Below are positions 18,273 through 27,722 of a stretch of 64,000 nucleotides of DNA, piece by piece. Source of the DNA: Lachnospiraceae bacterium (GTDB lineage: Bacteria > Bacillota > Clostridia > Lachnospirales > Lachnospiraceae); the NCBI GenBank assembly GCA_017613435.1, contig JAGADU010000078.1, forward strand, positions 1,725 to 65,724. The letters are read 5' to 3'. The stretch's first letter is position 1; every line of letters starts with the position of its first letter. A program made the position numbers and the translations under genes. The notes under the pieces are model-generated. The model saw only the letters and a list, made by a program, of their open reading frames with translations, had not been told where the DNA came from and did not search any database.

Positions 18273-19481
18273 TTAAAATGTTTCGTCGTTAAGTTCCGAA
18301 TAAACGTTTTTGAATGCATTTTTTTCAATTAATTCAAGCATAACTTTTACAATCTCGGGATCGAATTGTTTGCCCGAACCTTCTCTTAATTCATTTACGA
18401 TTTTTTCGGTCGAAAACGCTTTTCTGTAGCATCTGTCGGAATTCATTGCGTCAAACGAATCGGCTACGCAGATGATTCTGGCCACAAGAGGGATTTTGTG
18501 TCCGGCCAAACCTTCGGGATAACCTGTTCCGTCATATCTTTCGTGATGGTATCTCGCACCCTCCACAATGCTCGGAATCGAACTGAAATCCTTAAGAATC
18601 GTGGCACCGTTCGTGGTATGGGTTTTAATCACATCCATTTCCTCTTTGGTCAGCTTTCCGGGTTTATTCAATATCGCATCGGGAATATTGATTTTACCGA
18701 CATCATGCAAAAGCGCAATATAATAAATATTATCGAGATCTTCCACGTCAAATCCGATTCTCTTGGCAATCTTTCTGGTGTAATAAGCCACACGGATCGA
18801 ATGACCTCTTGTATAAGCATCCTTCGCATCGATGAAATTGGTGAAGGTTTTCATTGACTGGATGATAATCTTTCTGTCGTGTTCCTGTCTTATCTGATAC
18901 TGTTTTTCTTTTAAAGCTATGGCAATATTGAGAATCAGGAAAATCAAAAGAAGAAAGATTATCGCAAACAACAGATACAAAAGCGGATAATCTGTAATCT
19001 TAGCTTCGGGTTTTGCCTTTAATACAAAATTCTCGGGCTGATAATCCCCTTTGGTAAAAAGAATGAATCCGAATGTAATATTACCTTTAGGATCGATATG
19101 ATCGTTAAATCCCTGATCGGGCGTATTTATTATGGTAATGGAGCCGTCTTCGTTCTCGTTGATTGTAATATTCCAGGAATCCGTAATCTTTGCGTCCTCG
19201 GGAAGCGTGAGCGTTACCGACCAGTCAATGACTCTGTTGACGGTGTTGTTGTAAAGCGTCACATCGTATTGTTTCGCATGATATCCGCCTTCTTCCCAGC
19301 CTTTTGAAGCGGGCATCTCTATAAACATTTGTGTATTTGCCTTATCATAAACAAACCCGTTTTGCTCTGTATTTATTTTCGGAACGGAATTAACGAGAAT
19401 AAAAAGATACAAAAAACCTGCAACGGTCAGAAAAACCGTCGCAAGACTGACTATCAAAACTGTTTTTCGGTTGCCTAACAT
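18273..19481 (-). CDS. Membrane-anchored HD-GYP phosphodiesterase with extracellular CBM2-like domain
   Basis: TM - YDVTLYNN..DWSVTLTLP..ITDSWN..ITFGFI - TM - HDVGK, HHERYDGTGYP, ADSFDAM. Confidence 0.85.
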   Translation of the reverse strand: MLGNRKTVLIVSLATVFLTVAGFLYLFILVNSVPKINTEQNGFVYDKANTQMFIEMPASKGWEEGGYHAKQYDVTLYNNTVNRVIDWSVTLTLPEDAKITDSWNITINENEDGSITIINTPDQGFNDHIDPKGNITFGFILFTKGDYQPENFVLKAKPEAKITDYPLLYLLFAIIFLLLIFLILNIAIALKEKQYQIRQEHDRKIIIQSMKTFTNFIDAKDAYTRGHSIRVAYYTRKIAKRIGFDVEDLDNIYYIALLHDVGKINIPDAILNKPGKLTKEEMDVIKTHTTNGATILKDFSSIPSIVEGARYHHERYDGTGYPEGLAGHKIPLVARIICVADSFDAMNSDRCYRKAFSTEKIVNELREGSGKQFDPEIVKVMLELIEKNAFKNVYSELNDETF

Positions 19482-19622
19482 CGTTTTCCCCTTTTAATCA
19501 AACCTAAAAACACTTTATTCGTTTTAATACAAAGATATTTTATCACAATTTTAAAAATAGTTAATATAATTTGCGATTTTACGAAAAAAATTTTAAAAGA
19601 ACGCTTCAAATCACCCTTTTTA

Positions 19623-19651
19623 TTGACTTTTACATTCTCTGGTTTTACACT
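19623..19651 (+). promoter_or_regulatory. sigma-A promoter of aspS
   Basis: TTGACT-N17-TACACT. Confidence 0.6.
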
Positions 19652-19688
19652 ATTAGAGGTAAAAATTTTGTTGAAAAGAGGTCTTTTA

Positions 19689-21050
19689 ATGGAACGTATT
19701 TACATTGAAAATGTCAAAGAATACGCTGATAAGGAAGTATCTCTTGCCGGTTTCGTGGACAATTACAGAGACGGCAAGGCAATGGCTTTCATCGTGCTTA
19801 AAGATATTACGGGCAGAGTTCAGATTACAATCGAAAAAGAACTCCATCCCGACTGGGAAGAAATGCTCGCAAAAATCACTCCCGATTCGGTAGTGAAAGT
19901 AACGGGCAAAGTGCTTTTAAGCGATTTCGTAAAACTCGGGGGCGTAGAAATCATTCCCTCTTCCATCGAAATCGAATCCGTGGCATCCGCTCTTCCCATC
20001 GCCAGAGAATATATTCCCGCAACAAAGAAAAAAGCTGCCGTAGAGCGTTCTTCCATCGATCAGAGAATCGATTACAGATGGATTGATTTGAGAACGGATC
20101 AGAATCAGCTTATGTTCAAAGCTCAGACTGCTTTAACCGCTGCGCTTCGAGAATTTTTGCTCGAAAAAGACTTTATCGAAATTCATACACCCAAGCTTAT
20201 TGCTGCGGCATCGGAATCCGGTGCGGACGTTTTCAGACTCGATTACTTCCCCAACTACAACCTTCCGAATGCTTATCTTGCGCAAAGCCCTCAGTTCTAC
20301 AAACAGATGGCAATGGCTTCGGGATTCGAAAAAATATTCGAAGTGGGACCCGTTTTCAGAGCGGAAAAATCCTTCACAAGCAAGCATGCTACCGAATTCA
20401 CGTGTTTCGACCTTGAATTCAGTTACATCAACGGCTGCGAAGACGTTATGAAAATGGAAGAAAACCTCATTGCTTATGCTCTTACAAAAGTTAAGGAAAA
20501 ATACGGCGATAAAATAAAGGAACTTTTCTCCACCGAAGAATTCGATGCCGAAGTTATAGTTCCTTCCACTCCTTTCCCCAGAGTAAAACTCGCGGATCTT
20601 TACGATGCTCTCGAAAAGGAATACGGCTACACGGTTCCCGACTCCGAAAAGGGCGATCTTACAACCGATGCCGAAAGACTCAGTTACCAGTGGGTTAAGA
20701 AGCATTACAATCACGAATTCCTTTTCATCACCGATTACAGTGCCGAAAAGAGAGCTTTCTATCACATGAGAGACGAAAAAGGCGTTCCTCAGGGATATGA
20801 CTTAATCTGGCGCGGCGTTGAAATCACAACGGGTGCGCAGCGTGAGCACAGATACGATGTATTAAAGGCTCAGGCGGATGAGAAGGGACTTACCGAAGAC
20901 GTTAAATTCTATCTTGAATTCTTCAAATACGGATGTCCTCCTCACGGCGGATTCGGTCTGGGAATCGACCGTCTTACAATGCTTCTTCTCGGACTTCCCA
21001 TAAAGGAAGCAATGTTCCTCTTCAGAGGTCCTTCGCATCTTACACCTTAA
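19689..21050 (+). CDS. aspS: Aspartate--tRNA ligase, short archaeal/eukaryotic type (probably non-discriminating)
   Basis: OB fold, LAQSPQFYKQ, GPVFRAE, GAQREH, PPHGGFGLGIDR; ~453 aa, no GAD insertion. Confidence 0.9.
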   Translation: MERIYIENVKEYADKEVSLAGFVDNYRDGKAMAFIVLKDITGRVQITIEKELHPDWEEMLAKITPDSVVKVTGKVLLSDFVKLGGVEIIPSSIEIESVASALPIAREYIPATKKKAAVERSSIDQRIDYRWIDLRTDQNQLMFKAQTALTAALREFLLEKDFIEIHTPKLIAAASESGADVFRLDYFPNYNLPNAYLAQSPQFYKQMAMASGFEKIFEVGPVFRAEKSFTSKHATEFTCFDLEFSYINGCEDVMKMEENLIAYALTKVKEKYGDKIKELFSTEEFDAEVIVPSTPFPRVKLADLYDALEKEYGYTVPDSEKGDLTTDAERLSYQWVKKHYNHEFLFITDYSAEKRAFYHMRDEKGVPQGYDLIWRGVEITTGAQREHRYDVLKAQADEKGLTEDVKFYLEFFKYGCPPHGGFGLGIDRLTMLLLGLPIKEAMFLFRGPSHLTP

Positions 21051-21070
21051 TGATTATTTTAAAGAATATA

Positions 21071-21098
21071 AAAAGGCTGTTTCGTCAACAGCCTTTTT
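21071..21098. terminator. Bidirectional intrinsic terminator
   Basis: AAAAGGCTGTT...AACAGCCTTTT between convergent genes. Confidence 0.75.
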
Positions 21099-21101
21099 TC
21101 T

Positions 21102-22679
21102 TTACCTGTTCTTCGGATTGAATTTTTTGTATTCTTTCGCAAGCATCGAAATTTCCTTTTTCATCGCATGATTCCGTCTGTTTTCCTCACCGAGATTTTT
21201 GAAAAGTTCATACCTCTTTCTTGATAATTTTCCGCTTTCGATCGCTTCCTTAATCGCACATCCGGGTTCGCTTTCATGCCTGCAGTTGCTGAATTTGCAA
21301 TATCTTTCAAGTTCCCTTATATCCGAAAAAGTATTGTCGATGCCATCCTCATTCTCTGCCATTCCGACTTCCCTCATGCCGGGAGTATCGATAACGCATA
21401 CCCCGTTTTTAAGTACAATCATCTGTCTGTGGGTCGTTGTATGCCTGCCTTTCGAATCGTCCTCTCTTATTTCGGAAGTCTTCATAATCTCTTCTTTTGC
21501 AATCGCATTTATAAGTGTGGATTTGCCGGCGCCGGACGAGCCCATGAGGCATATCGTATTGCCCGGCTCAAAATATTCTTCGAGTTCGTCAAGCCCGATA
21601 TCGAGTATCGCGGATACCGCATGGACTCTTATCTTTTCGGAAATCGTTTCTACTTCGCTTACATATCTTCCGACATTGTTGCAAAGATCAGATTTCGTCA
21701 GAATAACAACGGGAATGCTGTTTCCTTCAAATGCAATGCTTGCATATCTTGCTATTCGGTTAAAGCTGTAATCGTCGTTTAACGAAGTCACTATAAAAGT
21801 ATAATCCGCATTTGCGACCATGTACTGCATCACAGCCGTTTTTGCCTGATCCGGTCTTTTAAGGGTGCTTGTCCTCTCGCATACCGAAAGAATGGTTGAA
21901 TCCCCCGTACGATTGTAAAGAAAAGTCACATAATCGCCTACAAGGGGGTAATTCTTTTGAGCATCTTCGTAAAAACTTCCTTTGAGTTTGGCCCTTAATT
22001 CTTCTTCGAAAAATCTGATTTTAAAACTGTTTTTCCTGACTTCGCATATTCTTCCGAGCCTCTCTTTGTGAAGCCATTGCGCCGATAGTTTAAGAGGTTT
22101 GTAATACGGAAAATTCTTCGTATATTCTCTTATTTCTTCCTCATCTTCGCATTCCGCGAATACGGGTGACTCAAAAAAAGTTCCGTGTATTTCCTCAAAG
22201 CTTTCGTTTAAAGGATATGCCATAAAAGCATCCGAATTGCCGAAATCCGGATGAATTATTCCGAACAAATCGCAGGTTTTAAAGCCGAGTCTCGGGTAAT
22301 AACCGGGCTCTCCGCATATGACGATTCCGCTGTACCCCTCCTCCCTCGAAAGTTTAATCAATTCCTCGGTCAGAGCTTTGCCCACTCCCATCGAAAAACA
22401 ACTCGGTTCGACGGCAAGCGGTCCGAAAGTCAATACTTCGTGTTCTTTTTCATTATCGACTACCTTTGCTTTTGATGCAAAAATCGCACCTGCAATCTTT
22501 CCGTCGATCTCCGCCACCCTGCTTAATTCGGGGAGGTAGTCCGGGCTTTCCCTCAATTTATGCACCAATAAATGTTCGTTGCATCCCGGGTCGTGAATAT
22601 TCCAGAATGCTCTTAAAACCATATGTTCGGTATTGTAATAATCTTCTTTGTTTTCTTTTCTTAAAAAAATATTGTTCAA
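21102..22679 (-). CDS. rsgA: GNAT acetyltransferase fused to RsgA-family ribosome small-subunit GTPase
   Basis: TTG start behind AAAGGAG; N-half FGPLAVEP..MGVGKAL, GEPGYYPRLGF; C-half TKSDL, GSSGAGKSTLIN, GRHTTT, DTPGMRE, CKFSNCRHESEPGC. Confidence 0.88.
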   Translation of the reverse strand: MNNIFLRKENKEDYYNTEHMVLRAFWNIHDPGCNEHLLVHKLRESPDYLPELSRVAEIDGKIAGAIFASKAKVVDNEKEHEVLTFGPLAVEPSCFSMGVGKALTEELIKLSREEGYSGIVICGEPGYYPRLGFKTCDLFGIIHPDFGNSDAFMAYPLNESFEEIHGTFFESPVFAECEDEEEIREYTKNFPYYKPLKLSAQWLHKERLGRICEVRKNSFKIRFFEEELRAKLKGSFYEDAQKNYPLVGDYVTFLYNRTGDSTILSVCERTSTLKRPDQAKTAVMQYMVANADYTFIVTSLNDDYSFNRIARYASIAFEGNSIPVVILTKSDLCNNVGRYVSEVETISEKIRVHAVSAILDIGLDELEEYFEPGNTICLMGSSGAGKSTLINAIAKEEIMKTSEIREDDSKGRHTTTHRQMIVLKNGVCVIDTPGMREVGMAENEDGIDNTFSDIRELERYCKFSNCRHESEPGCAIKEAIESGKLSRKRYELFKNLGEENRRNHAMKKEISMLAKEYKKFNPKNR

Positions 22680-22714
22680 TGTCTTTTTCTCCTTTGAATA
22701 AATGCACGGGCAAT

Positions 22715-22806
22715 AAAAAAAGCCCTTCAACAAACAGTGTTCATTGTACAAAGGCCTCAAAAAACATATATTAAATAAAAAAACCGCGACTTCTTATGCC
22801 ACGGTT
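22715..22806 (-). terminator. Two tandem terminator-like hairpins in the rsgA 5' leader
   Basis: Minus strand: AACCGTGGC/GTCGCGGTT+T run (22777-22806) and AGGCCTTT/AAGGGCTT+T run (22715-22758). Confidence 0.6.
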
Positions 22807-22827
22807 AAAAAAGCATATCAAAAAAAA

Positions 22828-22893
22828 TCAGATATGATAAACCGAGGTCTTCATACAATATTCATTAATAGTATAAAATTTTACCAAGCTCAT
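22828..22893 (-). CDS. Putative leader peptide MSLVKFYTINEYCMKTSVYHI
   Basis: GAAAGAGAGG RBS, ATG..TGA 21 codons between promoter and terminators. Confidence 0.5.
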   Translation of the reverse strand: MSLVKFYTINEYCMKTSVYHI

Positions 22894-22932
22894 AAAACAA
22901 GACCTCTCTTTCGTAAAAAATTTATCATGTTG

Positions 22933-22961
22933 ATTCTAACAGACAAAACATATGAAGTCAA
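22933..22961 (-). promoter_or_regulatory. sigma-A promoter of leader/GNAT-rsgA
   Basis: TTGACT-N17-TAGAAT with extended -10 TG. Confidence 0.7.
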
Positions 22962-22969
22962 CCTTCGTT

Positions 22970-23848
22970 TTAAAAATCAAAAATGCTCATCTGCTTTTCC
23001 CTCTCGGGAAATTCGTTCATATACGAAAAAATATCGTCGGGTTTATACATTATACCGTTCTTTTGACAAATGTTTTGCAAAAGTTTAACCAGTTCTCCCG
23101 AATTTGGACTCTCAAGTTCGTACGAATTGCCGTAGGTTTTTATATAACGCTCCTTCAGACCGGGGAAATGCATGTCCAACGCATCATAATAATATTCCCT
23201 GTCGCCGTCCCGAAGCGTAAGTCCCATTCCGAAATCGATAATGCCTTTAACATTAACCCTTACGCATTCGTTTAATATCGGTAGAATGTTTTCCTTCGTG
23301 TCATTGATAAAAGGCAGAATCGGAGTCAGCCAAACTATCGTCGGAATTCCTCTTTTATTTATTTCTTCGAGAACTTCGATTCTCCTTTTTGTATTGCAGA
23401 CATTCGGCTCAAGGATTTTGCACATATCGTCGTCGTATGTCGTAAGTGTCATCTCCACAACGCATTTTGCGTTTCTGTTAATATCGTCAAGCAAATCGAT
23501 GTCTCTTAATATTCTGTCCGATTTGGTCTGAATCGCGAGTCCGAAACCGTATTTTTTTATTATTTCGAGGCATTTTTTCGTGATTTCCAATTCTTCTTCG
23601 CAATGCATATAAGGGTCAGACATCGATCCGGTACCTATCATGCATTTGCTTCTTTTGGATTTAAGAGCTTCTTCCAAAAGAATCGGAGCGTTTTGTTTTA
23701 CTTCGACATCTTCGAATTTGTGTTTAAACTGATAACAATCGCTCCTTGAATCGCAATAAATACAGCCGTGGGTACACCCGCGGTATACATTCATTCCGAC
23801 CCTTCCTCCGCTCTTATTCAATATTCCTTTGGCATTCACAAAATGCAT
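22970..23848 (-). CDS. Radical SAM protein (spore-photoproduct-lyase-like family)
   Basis: MNVYRGCTHGCIYCD (CxxxCxxC), GSMSDPY, IQTKSD. Confidence 0.85.
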   Translation of the reverse strand: MHFVNAKGILNKSGGRVGMNVYRGCTHGCIYCDSRSDCYQFKHKFEDVEVKQNAPILLEEALKSKRSKCMIGTGSMSDPYMHCEEELEITKKCLEIIKKYGFGLAIQTKSDRILRDIDLLDDINRNAKCVVEMTLTTYDDDMCKILEPNVCNTKRRIEVLEEINKRGIPTIVWLTPILPFINDTKENILPILNECVRVNVKGIIDFGMGLTLRDGDREYYYDALDMHFPGLKERYIKTYGNSYELESPNSGELVKLLQNICQKNGIMYKPDDIFSYMNEFPEREKQMSIFDF

Positions 23849-23852
23849 ATAA

Positions 23853-24233
23853 TCAGACTCTCTCCTTAAAGAATTCGATTTCTTCACCGAGCGGTCCGAA
23901 GCAAAAAGCCATTCTTGCCAAAAATTCGGGTTCGGATTTAATCACGATGTCTTTGGGTTCGATGAATACTTCGTAGCCTGCTTCTTTAACCTTTTTTGCA
24001 ATGCCGTCAACATCGTCGGTGGCAAAAGCTATATGGCGAAGAGCACCCTTGGTCTTTATTCCTTCGCCGTTACAAAAAATCTCGAGCATGCCGTTTCCGA
24101 AATCGATCATTACTCCCTCCGGCCATTCTCTTACAATCTTAAATCCGAGGATGTTTTGATAAAAATCCTTCGCTTTTTCGAATTCTTCTTTTTTGCCGCA
24201 TTTAAGCGATATATGATGCATTCCTTTAATCAT
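23853..24233 (-). CDS. VOC/glyoxalase family protein
   Basis: HHISL, FYQNILGF, HIAFATDDVD, GPLGEEIEF. Confidence 0.85.
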   Translation of the reverse strand: MIKGMHHISLKCGKKEEFEKAKDFYQNILGFKIVREWPEGVMIDFGNGMLEIFCNGEGIKTKGALRHIAFATDDVDGIAKKVKEAGYEVFIEPKDIVIKSEPEFLARMAFCFGPLGEEIEFFKERV

Positions 24234-24247
24234 TTTATGCTTCTTTC

Positions 24248-24733
24248 TTATAATTCTTTTTCGTAACAAAAGAAATCCTGCTCGTACATATGAATCTCTC
24301 CGACATTTTTGTAACCGAAAGAATCATAGAGCCGAACCGCTTTTAAATTATAACGGTTCACCAGAATATGAATGCCCTTAAAGCCTCTTTTTCTTAATTC
24401 GTCGTCAATGTATTTAAGCATGATTTTTGCAATGCCCCTGCCCTGCATTTCGGGAAGAACCGCAATTCTCGCAAATTCCGCTTCGGGTTCCAGCTCTTTG
24501 TTCCAAAAAGGAAGTTTGTTGACTTCCTCGTCCTCTTCTATCGAAACCGCGCCTGCGATTTTCCCCTCTGTTTTAAGAACGAAAAGCGCGTTTCTCGACA
24601 AATCGAAATTAATCGTAAAATCCGAAGGATATTCTTCGCTCCAGGGGCATCCTTCGCGACCTAACTGCGCATGATACAAATCAAGCAGTTCTTTTCTGTC
24701 TCCTTCTTTGGCGAGACATATTTCGTAATCCAT
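24248..24733 (-). CDS. GNAT N-acetyltransferase
   Basis: RIAVLPEMQGRGIA, NLKAVRLYDSFGY. Confidence 0.85.
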   Translation of the reverse strand: MDYEICLAKEGDRKELLDLYHAQLGREGCPWSEEYPSDFTINFDLSRNALFVLKTEGKIAGAVSIEEDEEVNKLPFWNKELEPEAEFARIAVLPEMQGRGIAKIMLKYIDDELRKRGFKGIHILVNRYNLKAVRLYDSFGYKNVGEIHMYEQDFFCYEKEL

Positions 24734-24747
24734 AATCTACCTCTGTT

Positions 24748-25200
24748 TTATTTGAATTTATACTGCATGAAATTTCCGTTTTTCTCAAATCCGAAATCGG
24801 TATAAAGCAGCACTCCCATATCCGATGCGGTAATCTGCACCGAGCCGCATCCGTAATTTTTCGCTTCCTCAACCACCCTTGACAAAAGTTCTTTCGCGAT
24901 TCCCATTCTTCTGTAGGAAGGGTCCGTAAACATACTCGACAAAAGACCTATTCTTCCTGTCGGGCAGCTGAAATAAGGCGGTTTTTCGACAAATGACATA
25001 CCGCTTGTTCCGACTATTTTATCCCCGTCCATGGCAAGCCACGAAACAAATGTTTTGTCGGACAAATGACGATTGTAATAATCCTTCAGTGCGGGAACAA
25101 TATCTATGTCTTCCTTGGCGCCTTCTTCTCTAAGCTGTTTTATTCTCATGTCGATAAAAGTATCAAGATCTTCTTTTGTAAGTTTGCGATAATTAATCAT
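24748..25200 (-). CDS. GNAT N-acetyltransferase
   Basis: SMFTDPSYRRMGIA, LLYTDFGF. Confidence 0.85.
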   Translation of the reverse strand: MINYRKLTKEDLDTFIDMRIKQLREEGAKEDIDIVPALKDYYNRHLSDKTFVSWLAMDGDKIVGTSGMSFVEKPPYFSCPTGRIGLLSSMFTDPSYRRMGIAKELLSRVVEEAKNYGCGSVQITASDMGVLLYTDFGFEKNGNFMQYKFK

Positions 25201-25210
25201 TTTGGCCTCC

Positions 25211-25687
25211 TTACTGCAATTTAAGACGCATGTCTTTGTATTTTTGCTTTCTGTCTTCGAATCCTGTCTTTTTGTATATGGGATATCCTTCGTCGGTTGC
25301 GCAAAGGTCTATTCGACAGATTTTGTTTTCCTTTGCATATTCAATCATATTTTTGATAAGTGTCGAACAAATACCCCTTCCCCTGAATTCTTCCTCGGTA
25401 TATACGCTTAAAACCTCGGAATCAAAGCCGTTTGGCAAAAAAGGATTCGCCGGTTTTTCGATTATAAGCAAATATGCGGCGGCAATCAGCTTATCGCCCT
25501 TTCTTGCGACAAAAGCAATAAGTTCCTTTCCGAGTCTTCTTTTAAAATAATCCGGAAGCTGCTCTTCCATGCATTTTCTTTCGTAATCCGTAATGCTTTT
25601 GAAATCATCAATCATATATGCGATTCTAAGCCTTACAAGTTCGTTTATGTCATTGATGTTTGCCGTATCAAAAATAATTTCTTCCAT
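25211..25687 (-). CDS. GNAT N-acetyltransferase
   Basis: SVYTEEEFRGRGIC, PIYKKTGF. Confidence 0.85.
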   Translation of the reverse strand: MEEIIFDTANINDINELVRLRIAYMIDDFKSITDYERKCMEEQLPDYFKRRLGKELIAFVARKGDKLIAAAYLLIIEKPANPFLPNGFDSEVLSVYTEEEFRGRGICSTLIKNMIEYAKENKICRIDLCATDEGYPIYKKTGFEDRKQKYKDMRLKLQ

Positions 25688-25710
25688 GGAAAAACCTCAC
25701 AAAAACATTT

Positions 25711-26226
25711 TTACGTTTCATCTTTGTTTATAACGGAAACGTGAGTAAATCCGTTCGCCTCGTCGGGATATTCTTTTTCAAAATGCATTCCTATCGCTTC
25801 GGCGGTTTTATATGACGCTTCATTTGTATATTTGCAATAAGAATAAAGCGAGTGATAATCCGTATTTTCAAAAGCCCAGTCTCTTACTGCGGCGGCCGCT
25901 TCCTTGGCATAACCCTTTCTTTGACAGTCGCGTCGTATATGGTAACCGATTTCCGGAAGCATTTCGCCTTCTATGTTTTGCAGCGTCAGACCGCAGTCTC
26001 CGATCATTTCGTCATTCGATTTAAGACATACCGCCCATAAACCGAAGCCGTCTCTCTCATATCTTTTCATGTTTCGCTCAATCCAGTCCATGACGCGTTT
26101 TTCGTCAAAAACATAGGGATAATGCTTCATGATTTCTTCATCAGCCAATACCGCATAAAGAGCTTCGAAATCATCCGTATTCATTTCGCGAAGATACAGT
26201 CTTTTTGTTTCGATTATCTTTATCAC
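25711..26226 (-). CDS. RimJ/RimL-type GNAT acetyltransferase
   Basis: ETKRLYLR, EIGYHIRRDCQRKGYAKEA, NEASYKTAEAIGM. Confidence 0.85.
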   Translation of the reverse strand: MIKIIETKRLYLREMNTDDFEALYAVLADEEIMKHYPYVFDEKRVMDWIERNMKRYERDGFGLWAVCLKSNDEMIGDCGLTLQNIEGEMLPEIGYHIRRDCQRKGYAKEAAAAVRDWAFENTDYHSLYSYCKYTNEASYKTAEAIGMHFEKEYPDEANGFTHVSVINKDET

Positions 26227-26229
26227 TTT

Positions 26230-27651
26230 TTATTCCCCCGTATATTCGAGCATGCACACGGTTTCGCAATGATACGTGCTCGGGAACAAATCGGTCAGAC
26301 AGAGTTTTTTTATCATGTAACCTTTATCGTAAAAGAACGAAAGATCCCTTGCGAGACTCGAAGGTTTGCACGAAACATATACTATCCTTTTTACGCCGTA
26401 ATTCAATATCTTCTCCAAAGCTTTGGGATTGATACCGTCACGGGGCGGGTCGAGTATTATATAATCGGGAAGAACTTTTATGTCATCAAGGCATTTAAGC
26501 ACGTCTCCCGCAATAAATTCACAATTCGAAATGCCGTTTCTTTCGGCACTCTCCCTTGCCGCAGCTACCGCTTCCTCTACTATTTCAACGCCCACGGTTT
26601 TGCTTGTTGCGCCCGATATTAACTGCGCTATCGTTCCGGTTCCGGTATAAAGATCGTATACAACGGGTTTGTTCGAAACATCGAAAAGCAAATAATCCTT
26701 AACCTTCGAATAAAGAATTTCCGCAGCGAGAGAATTGTTTTGAAAGAAAGAAAAAAGAGATATTTTAAATCTTAATCCGAGCAGTTCTTCTTCAAAATAA
26801 TCCCTTCCGTAAAGGATAATTTTGCCTTCGTCCCTTACAGCATCCGCAAGGCAGTCGTTGTTGACATGAAGAATACCCGCAAATGTTCCCTTGGTCTTTA
26901 TATTCAAAAGACTGTTTTTCCAGTCGTTTAAAACCGCCGTCCATTTTTCTTCGTCAAAATAATTGATCCACTGCGAAGAAGTAACAAGGAAAACGAGTAT
27001 TTCCCCGGTCTTTCTTCCCTTTCTCACACAAAGATGTCTTAATACTCCTTCATGTGTCATTTTGTGGAAAAACGGCAGATTGTATTTCTCGAAAAATTCT
27101 TTGGTTACCCTTAATATGCTTCTGTAATCCTCATCGACTATGTTGCATTCAAAAGTATTGACAACGTCATAGGTACTGCCTCTTTTGTGCATTCCGAGGG
27201 CAAGAGGACCGCCTTTGTATTCGTCTCCGAACGAAAATTCCATTTTGTTTCTGTATTCGCTCTCGTCGATGCTGCCCAAAATCCCTTCATATGCTTCATC
27301 AATATCCGCTGCATTTTCGCCGAGGGATTTTTTTAACATATCAAGGATTTGTTTTTCTTTGATTTTAAGCTGGCTTTTGTACGGAAAAGTCTGATAAGTG
27401 CATCCGCCGCATTCGCGAAAATGCGGACAGGGGATTGCGGTTTCCTCGGGTGATCTTTCAAGTATTTCCCCAAGTCTTGCTTCCAAAAGTCCGTGCTTCT
27501 TTTTGTTTATCACGCCTCTGACTTTTTGCCCGATAATCGCATTTTTAATTTTTATGTCAAAAATTTCGCCGTCTTCTTCGACGGTTACGTGTCCGATATT
27601 CGGAAAATCGTATTTGGTTACGTATCCTTCGATCGTATCGCCCTTTTTCAT
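26230..27651 (-). CDS. rlmD: 23S rRNA (uracil-C5)-methyltransferase RlmD/RumA
   Basis: CPHFRECGGC, YRNKMEF, SFFQNN, DLYTGTGTI, LDPPRDG, DLFPSTYHCETV. Confidence 0.93.
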   Translation of the reverse strand: MKKGDTIEGYVTKYDFPNIGHVTVEEDGEIFDIKIKNAIIGQKVRGVINKKKHGLLEARLGEILERSPEETAIPCPHFRECGGCTYQTFPYKSQLKIKEKQILDMLKKSLGENAADIDEAYEGILGSIDESEYRNKMEFSFGDEYKGGPLALGMHKRGSTYDVVNTFECNIVDEDYRSILRVTKEFFEKYNLPFFHKMTHEGVLRHLCVRKGRKTGEILVFLVTSSQWINYFDEEKWTAVLNDWKNSLLNIKTKGTFAGILHVNNDCLADAVRDEGKIILYGRDYFEEELLGLRFKISLFSFFQNNSLAAEILYSKVKDYLLFDVSNKPVVYDLYTGTGTIAQLISGATSKTVGVEIVEEAVAAARESAERNGISNCEFIAGDVLKCLDDIKVLPDYIILDPPRDGINPKALEKILNYGVKRIVYVSCKPSSLARDLSFFYDKGYMIKKLCLTDLFPSTYHCETVCMLEYTGE

Positions 27652-27722
27652 TCTGTCTCCATACACAAATTTCGCCGGTAGAAGGACTGCCGGCGAATTG
27701 TCATTTATATTTATTCAATCAA

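Noticed and set aside
23853-26226. Integron cassette array
   Set aside because: Spacers are too short for attC sites and there is no integrase.
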